The notes below the pieces were generated by a model that was given only the letters and a program-made list of their open reading frames with translations, had not been told where the DNA came from and did not search any database. From contig OZ286471.1 in assembly GCA_965644265.1 (NCBI GenBank), positions 46,624,001 to 46,688,000 on the forward strand: 64,000 nt of DNA, written 5' to 3'. The position numbers were made by a program, and so were the translations under genes. This stretch comes from Glycera tridactyla (taxonomy: Eukaryota). This document shows positions 61,201-64,000 of this stretch, piece after piece. Position 1 is the stretch's first letter, and each line of letters starts with the position of its first letter.

Positions 61201-63192
61201 GGTGTTATACCACTGAGGGCCCGGATCCACTTTGGGGATATTGCCTAGGTACTGCTGCATTCGATCTTAGACCTCGCCATTCCTTCTCACCTTTTTCTTG
61301 TACCGTGCCGTTATCAACAGCTGCGAAATTCTCACTATAATATCGCTGGATCGATGCCTCCATGGTCCTGATCACCTCACACATTAAACGATCGCATTTC
61401 ATTTCTATCCATTCCATGTTACTGCATAATTTGCAACCTCTGGGTCGGCTTGCCCCTAGTTGTCAGTGATTTGGTAATAGGATGATGGATCTCTTTGGGG
61501 GTGCCGTGAACTTATTGGATCTTCTCGCCGAGGTACCCTTGCCCCTTACATATAGTTCACTTTGCAACTCATTTCCATTCCTCAAAGCCACAAGGTCGTC
61601 TATGAATTCTTTATTTGTAATCCCTATCTTGATACAGTTTTCCATATGATTCTTTCATGTCTCGTGATCCATTGCTGATTTCCATTTTTGTGAATGTGGA
61701 TTTCAGCTGATCCATGTGCCACCAACATCAGCACCACATCAACATCTACAAGTACTGCAAATCCATCTATAACTGCATCCACCCCACAGGAGTCATCAAC
61801 AGTGTCACAAATTGCATCTAGCACCACCACATCTGCAACATCAACTTCAATGTCAACATCCATGTCCGCATCTACAGTCACTCAACAATTTTGCTATATT
61901 CCAACAAATGATGGGACATCAGGCGAGTCCATATGTGTATTTCCATTCTGGTATAAGGGGAACAGATACGATACCTGCATCACCCGAGACAATGGTGGAG
62001 TTCCATGGTGCTACACTACCGAACCCGGAATGGATCGCCTCTGGGGCAACTGCGAAGGTACATAACTACATGTCACACTAAAATGGAACACGAACTTGTC
62101 CATCGTTCTCGATTAAAAATGCATCCTTTTTCACCTACTTGTTTCTATGTAACTTATCAGAATACATCCCAAACTATTCCACATTAGGTTTGGATTGTTG
62201 GAAGAAATGACTCTCTTTATGAATTATACATTCATTCTAGGCATACAGGGAAAAATTGATTTCGTACAGGTGAATGTCTCGATGTATCCAACGTATTGAC
62301 AATCAGACCAGAAGGTACTTTCTAACGATACCACATCCCTGATATACATCCCATGAGTTCCCGAGGTGTCTATTTGGACTCATTGACCATCACATCTCAG
62401 TTTTCGTGGCAAAATCACAAACAGTCCCATGAAAATCCTTATCTGTGGTCTCATTTGTATTGGATTATATGTGTGAGAGGTGCTGTCGAGGTATATCACC
62501 ATCGAAAAATGCACCCAGTTAAGCAAATTACTGATCGCAAAGATTGATCTGCATTGTCCTGTGGCGGGAATCAATTATATGGTACCTTGGACTGAATAGT
62601 ATATGTAGATATCAAACACCCTTATCTAGGTGATGAAACCACACATTTCCTTTTGTAATTGTATTAAACGAACAATTGATCATCACCGTCCTGACATCCA
62701 GTTCGGGATATTTGTTGATGGGTAGATATATAGACCTCAGAGCCATATGGTAATTCTATTGTTCCCACCAGTATTCGTATCCGTTTTTGTTATGACAACC
62801 TGTATTTTGGGTTGGAAACGTGTAAAGGTCTAGCTTATGAATAATATGAACGTTCTGTTATGAATTTGTTCACATTTCAGAGGAGGTATGTGGTTCCCCT
62901 CCGCCGGAAATTACCTCTAGCACAATCAAAGTGTCAATGCAATCGCCAGACATTACTACTAGTTCTTTAAGACCATCAGTGCAATCAACTACGCTACTGG
63001 CAACATCATCCTCGACATCGGACTCATGTTTTATTTCCACAATAGGTGGAACAGCAGGCAACTCAATATGCATGTTCCCATTCAAATACAGGGGTACGGT
63101 CTATATTGATTGCACAACACGTGATAATTACGGAGTTGCGTGGTGTTACACAACAAATTCCGGGACTGATCGATTGTGGGGAAATTGTCAAG
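6559..63192 (+). CDS. Partial giant multi-exon gene: tandem FN2 (six-Cys, kringle-like) modules separated by Thr/Ser/Pro mucin-like linkers; 43 intact exons, about 4,028 codons
   Basis: 43 segments each bounded by a pyrimidine-rich AG acceptor and a GT donor, all phase 1-1, all lengths multiples of 3, no in-frame stops. Each carries the FN2 pattern C-x-F-P-F-x-Y-x-G-x-x-Y-x-x-C...W-C-Y-T...W-G-N-C. Splicing was inferred by eye with no transcript evidence. Start and stop exons were not found. Confidence 0.85.
9040..9297 (+). CDS. FN2 exon E2
   Basis: ttgcag|CC GAG ATA TGT...TGT TTA G|gtgagt, 258 nt; EICG-poly-Thr-CYTPTESGENCFFPFVYKNSVYRECTT...LWCYT...IWSNCL. Confidence 0.9.
   Translation, partial: PRYVAQLQIQLQPRSPPQPPLLLPQPNLLPLPMTVIHPLKAGRTVSSPLSTKTVSIVNAPLQATTESSGAIPGQHLLVMRFGQTV
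9933..10184 (+). CDS. FN2 exon E3
   Basis: ttttag|AT GAA GTC TGT...TGT CAA G|gtaaaa, 252 nt; CYTPVVDGTADPDSICYFPFVYKKTTYWKCST...PWCYV...KWGNCQ. Confidence 0.9.
11691..11927 (+). CDS. FN2 exon E4
   Basis: cttacag|CC GAG GAA TGC...TGT GAA G|gtatat, 237 nt; ICYFPFFYKGIMYTACSTEDNRGIPWCYVSPDYEDDHLWGICE. Confidence 0.9.
12510..12803 (+). CDS. FN2 exon E5
   Basis: ttccag|GT GTG ATA TGT...TGT GCA G|gtacat, 294 nt. Confidence 0.9.
13257..13553 (+). CDS. FN2 exon E6
   Basis: ttacag|AT ACA ATA TGT...TGC CAA G|gtatgg, 297 nt. Confidence 0.9.
14074..14457 (+). CDS. FN2 exon E7 (EVCG type)
   Basis: tttccag|AG GAG GTC TGT...TGT CTA G|gtaggt, 384 nt. Confidence 0.9.
14868..15047 (+). CDS. FN2 exon E8 (linkerless CC type)
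   Basis: tttcag|AG GAG ACC TGC TGC TAT...TGC AGA G|gtagcg, 180 nt. Confidence 0.9.
16165..18972. mobile_element. Non-autonomous foldback DNA transposon, IS3EU-like ends, with internal satellite arrays
   Basis: 99-bp perfect TIRs (TATGGAACGCCATTGGGGAC... / ...GTCCCCAATGGCGTTCCATA). GAAACC is duplicated at 16159-16164 and 18973-18978. No substantial ORF. An alternative reading is a 4-bp TSD (AAAC) with ends at 16164/18973. Confidence 0.85.
16646..18700. repeat. Satellite inside the foldback element: 256-bp units x2, then 150-bp units x5-6, then inverted copies
   Basis: The AAATCAGGCCAGCCCATGGTGCTGCC anchor (TAATC... in two copies) starts at 16646, 16902, 17158, 17308, 17458, 17608, 17758 and 17908. 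Reverse-complement units begin after about 18040. Confidence 0.9.
19292..19714 (+). CDS. FN2 exon E9 (longest linker)
   Basis: tttgcag|AG GAA ATA TGT...TGT TTG G|gtacgt, 423 nt. Confidence 0.9.
20065..20244 (+). pseudogene. FN2 pseudo-exon psi1 (decayed CC type)
   Basis: ENRCYRPVIGGTVDQGISYSHLKYKGDTQYTCAIRDSAGVP*CYTTETYQTDRIWENCL: TGG>TAG stop, first FN2 Cys lost, acceptor reads tttcaa| and the donor is lost; 180 nt, same as E8. Confidence 0.85.
20757..21068 (+). CDS. FN2 exon E10 (EVCG type)
   Basis: ttgcag|CT GAG GTC TGT...TGC ATA G|gtactc, 312 nt. Confidence 0.9.
21513..21686 (+). pseudogene. FN2 pseudo-exon psi2 (CC type) with in-frame TAG but intact splice sites
   Basis: atttcag|AT GAA ATA TGT CGC...TGG TGT TAG (21644-21646)...TGT CTA G|gtatat, 174 nt; EICRGMVTYGGTDGEGYCLFPFFRRGTTYDACTTHDNYGVLWC*TMTTAPRPWGNCL. 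Confidence 0.85.
22192..22578 (+). CDS. FN2 exon E11 (DPC type)
   Basis: ttttgtag|CG GAT CCC TGT...TGC CGA G|gtgatc, 387 nt. Confidence 0.9.
23191..23672. mobile_element. Putative MITE with imperfect TIRs and internal ACTCTCCCG repeats
   Basis: Left CAGTCTTC...AGCCACTCTCCCG matches the reverse complement of the right end CGGGAGAATGGCT...GAAGACTG. About six (A/C)CTCTCCC(G) motifs lie inside. No clear TSD. Confidence 0.4.
23848..23990. other. Assembly gap (143 N)
   Basis: Run of N. Confidence 0.99.
25181..25411 (+). CDS. FN2 exon E12 (VCG type)
   Basis: ttacag|AT CCA GTA TGT GGA...TGC ATG G|gtaaat, 231 nt. Confidence 0.9.
25922..26098 (+). CDS. FN2 exon E13 (linkerless CC type)
   Basis: tttcag|AG GAA GTC TGC TGC...TGT TTA G|gtatca, 177 nt. 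Confidence 0.9.
   Translation, partial: RKSAALALPLMVVLLGTLCVYSPSHTGEPHLTAAPHETMMGFPGVTRQKETADFGGTV
26570..26845 (+). CDS. FN2 exon E14 (DPC type)
   Basis: ttgcag|CT GAT CCA TGT...TGC CGA G|gtattt, 276 nt. Confidence 0.9.
27840..28103 (+). CDS. FN2 exon E15
   Basis: tttcag|AT TAT TGT GGA...TGT GGA G|gtatga, 264 nt; the only junction giving C-x3-C. Confidence 0.88.
29399..29455 (+). repeat. tRNA-Ala-like SINE head or tRNA pseudogene fragment
   Basis: A-box-like TGGCTGATTGG, then CATGCTTCGCATGT (resembles the tRNA-Ala CGC anticodon arm), then B-box-like GGTTCGAAT; no acceptor stem. Confidence 0.4.
30528..30878 (+). CDS. FN2 exon E16 (ICG type)
   Basis: gttgcag|AG AAG ATA TGT GGT...TGT TTA G|gtaatc, 351 nt. 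Confidence 0.9.
31500..31676 (+). CDS. FN2 exon E17 (linkerless CC type)
   Basis: ttttcag|AT GAG GTA TGC TGT...TGT CTA G|gtatac, 177 nt. Confidence 0.9.
32169..32339. other. Assembly gap (171 N)
   Basis: Run of N, just upstream of the 4.4-kb triplication. Confidence 0.99.
32478..32822 (+). CDS. FN2 exon E18 (DPC type, copy A1)
   Basis: tttcag|AG GAC CCC TGC...TGT GAA G|gtagat, 345 nt. Confidence 0.9.
35189..35497 (+). CDS. FN2 exon E19 (EVCG type, copy B1)
   Basis: ttacag|TG GAG GTA TGC...TGC CAA G|gtaact, 309 nt. Confidence 0.9.
35982..36158 (+). CDS. FN2 exon E20 (CC type, copy C1)
   Basis: tttcag|AG CAG GTG TGC TGT...TGT CTC G|gtacat, 177 nt. Confidence 0.9.
36893..37237 (+). CDS. FN2 exon E21 (DPC type, copy A2)
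   Basis: Same boundaries as E18, 345 nt. Confidence 0.88.
39601..39909 (+). CDS. FN2 exon E22 (EVCG type, copy B2)
   Basis: Same boundaries as E19, 309 nt; G>S and I>V relative to B1. Confidence 0.88.
40394..40570 (+). CDS. FN2 exon E23 (CC type, copy C2)
   Basis: Same boundaries as E20, 177 nt. Confidence 0.88.
41305..41649 (+). CDS. FN2 exon E24 (DPC type, copy A3)
   Basis: Same boundaries as E18, 345 nt. Confidence 0.88.
44005..44313 (+). CDS. FN2 exon E25 (EVCG type, copy B3)
   Basis: Same boundaries as E19, 309 nt. Confidence 0.88.
44797..44973 (+). CDS. FN2 exon E26 (CC type, copy C3)
   Basis: Same boundaries as E20, 177 nt. Confidence 0.88.
45720..46019 (+). CDS. FN2 exon E27 (DPC type)
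   Basis: ttttcag|AG GAT CCA TGT GCC...TGT GAA G|gtagat, 300 nt; CFIPTSSGSAGNAICVLPFRYKGTTYNECTTRDNNGVSWCYTT...LWGNCE; FN2 frame absent from the ORF track. Confidence 0.9.
47471..47761 (+). CDS. FN2 exon E28 (D1)
   Basis: ttgcag|AG CAA GTC TGT...TGT CAA G|gtagat, 291 nt. Confidence 0.9.
48305..48595 (+). CDS. FN2 exon E29 (D2)
   Basis: ttgcag|AT CGA GTC TGT...TGT CAA G|gtagat, 291 nt. Confidence 0.9.
49139..49429 (+). CDS. FN2 exon E30 (D3)
   Basis: As D2, 291 nt. Confidence 0.88.
49973..50263 (+). CDS. FN2 exon E31 (D4)
   Basis: As D2, 291 nt. Confidence 0.88.
50806..51096 (+). CDS. FN2 exon E32 (D5)
   Basis: As D2, 291 nt. Confidence 0.88.
51982..52272 (+). CDS. FN2 exon E33 (D6)
   Basis: ttgcag|AA CAA GTC TGT...CAA G|gtagat, 291 nt. 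Confidence 0.88.
52862..52956 (+). pseudogene. Pseudo-exon psi3 (D7): FN2 core and donor deleted
   Basis: Intact acceptor and DKVCESLPPRISTTPLTTSLPKTSSEPSPLLT, then a direct jump into downstream-intron sequence GTTCATAACAAAC; about 226 bp missing relative to D8. Confidence 0.85.
53517..53807 (+). CDS. FN2 exon E34 (D8)
   Basis: ttgcag|AA CAA GTC TGT...CAA G|gtagat, 291 nt. Confidence 0.88.
54449..54739 (+). CDS. FN2 exon E35 (D9)
   Basis: ttgcag|AA CAA GTC TGT...CAA G|gtagat, 291 nt. Confidence 0.88.
55283..55573 (+). CDS. FN2 exon E36 (D10)
   Basis: ttgcag|AT CAA GTC TGT...CAA G|gtagat, 291 nt. Confidence 0.88.
55959..56218 (+). pseudogene. Pseudo-exon psi4 (D11): frameshifting deletions, splice sites intact
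   Basis: 260 nt (not a multiple of 3). There are deletions after TGT G and within TACAAGG...ATGACTGC, and the first FN2 Cys codon reads AGT. Confidence 0.85.
56879..57148 (+). CDS. FN2 exon E37
   Basis: cttacag|AA GAA GTA TGT...TGT GAA G|gtagag, 270 nt. Confidence 0.9.
57554..57746 (+). pseudogene. Pseudo-exon psi5: no phase-compatible acceptor, core residues lost
   Basis: CFILTSGGTARRSVCLFPFAYRGNVYTTCTTKDHDGISLCYTTNIQNGRLWGNWE: last Cys>Trp, conserved W>L, EVC head and linker absent, in-frame TGA at 57542. Confidence 0.75.
58305..58577 (+). CDS. FN2 exon E38
   Basis: tttgcag|AG GAA GTA TGT...TGT GAA G|gtagag, 273 nt. Confidence 0.9.
58934..59194 (+). CDS. FN2 exon E39
   Basis: ttgtag|AG GAA GTG TGT...TGT GAA G|gtagac, 261 nt. 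Confidence 0.9.
60158..60460 (+). CDS. FN2 exon E40 (VCG type)
   Basis: ttttcag|AA CAG GTC TGT...TGC GAA G|gtagat, 303 nt. Confidence 0.9.
61072..61248 (+). CDS. FN2 exon E41 (linkerless CC type)
   Basis: tttccag|AT GAG GTT TGC TGT...TGC CTA G|gtactg, 177 nt; FN2 frame absent from the ORF track. Confidence 0.9.
   Translation: MRFAVMEHQQLEEQLGSHTVYFPSHTEEPLTTSVQREIMKGCYGVIPLRARIHFGDIA
61707..62057 (+). CDS. FN2 exon E42 (DPC type)
   Basis: tttcag|CT GAT CCA TGT...TGC GAA G|gtacat, 351 nt. Confidence 0.9.
62881..63192 (+). CDS. FN2 exon E43 (EVCG type)
   Basis: tttcag|AG GAG GTA TGT...TGT CAA G|gtagat, 312 nt; the open donor means the gene continues beyond this exon. Confidence 0.9.
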
Positions 63193-64000
63193 GTAGATGA
63201 ACATTGGATTATGCTTTCTAACCAAAGCATAGCTCCAGTAACACAATTGCATTCCCCAATGAGCAAATTTATATCCTAATCTTTAGTGCACGCGAAATTA
63301 ACCAGATTTTCCATTGCAGAAATTTGCCTCTTTTCATAATATTTTGGAACCATATTTGAAGTTCATCGCTGGATCTGTTGATGATTTGTTGATGACGATG
63401 CAATCACCACCAATGTTTTCAATCGAATGTCACCTTATTAGGACGAAATATATGGGGAAGAAAGTTCTTTCCTGTATTGGATCCATTCATATAGAGGATG
63501 AAGTCTAGCATCATAAATTCAAATGTTCTTATATCTTCAATAAAGTGATTGGCAGGTATTCGTATTATAGATTCCTGATATTCAGATATACATCCACGAT
63601 ATGTTTTGTTGGGTAGACGTATTGACAACATCATACTGGTGATTCCACATTTTCCCCACGATATGTTCAACAATTTCCATCATGCCGTCTTGTACCTTTG
63701 ACTGTGCAATCCTATAAAATATCCCAAACAAATCTGATTATCAACGTCCTTCGTTAGCTTCAGTAATACATGAAAACAGCATACCCACATACTGTGTATA
63801 ATTATCCCATCATCACCAACGCATGTATGTCTCAACATAGCCAAGATGTTGCCGAGAAGATGGGAGACAACCAGCCTCCCAAACTTGTCTGTCAAATTTC
63901 TTTCTCCGACTTTCATCTCATTGTTTCATCTGTTCTCTTTATACAAAGTTTACTTATATCATTATTACAATACTATCCACATAAAATACTTCCTTATATG

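Noticed and set aside
22102-63085. Minus-strand Val/Asp-rich ORFs (e.g. 22151-22393, 19254-19523, 61624-61881, 62870-63085)
   Set aside because: They are antisense shadows of the ACN-rich Thr linkers and coincide with the + strand exons.
63419-63916. Minus-strand ORFs with a faint RT-like string (VGDDGIIIHS)
   Set aside because: No true YxDD motif and no consistent flanking RT motifs; other frames have multiple stops. Too weak to call without a profile search.

Overview
This is eukaryotic, AT-rich genomic DNA, probably from a marine invertebrate. The signs are GT-AG introns, Helentron-type repeats and two scaffold N-gaps; the species cannot be determined from sequence alone. Most of the window (6,559-63,192, + strand) is one very large, incomplete multi-exon gene. 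I can delimit 43 intact exons, all phase 1-1 with lengths divisible by 3, totalling 12,084 nt (about 4,028 codons), plus 5 decayed pseudo-exons. Each exon encodes [x-E-V-C]-[Thr/Ser/Pro mucin-like linker, 0 to about 80 aa]-[C-Y-x-P-T-x-G-G-T-A-G]-[fibronectin type II (FN2) core C-x-F-P-F-x-Y...C-T-x-x-D-N-x-G-x-P-W-C-Y-T...W-G-N-C-x]. After splicing, 41 of 42 junctions read C-x4-C. Each FN2 core is therefore bracketed by an extra Cys pair, which suggests a kringle-like six-Cys module whose sixth Cys comes from the next exon (inference). The array shows an old three-exon order (EVCG / linkerless EVCC / DPC), a recent 4.41-kb triplication and an 834-bp single-exon tandem array. An intron holds a 2.8-kb non-coding foldback element with 99-bp perfect TIRs, a 6-bp TSD and TAT...ATA ends (IS3EU-like). 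At the left end, on the minus strand, a LINE ORF1-like (RRM/CTD) frameshifted ORF is followed by an intact SGNH esterase ORF, with no reverse transcriptase visible. Neither the 5' nor the 3' end of the FN2 gene was found in the window.
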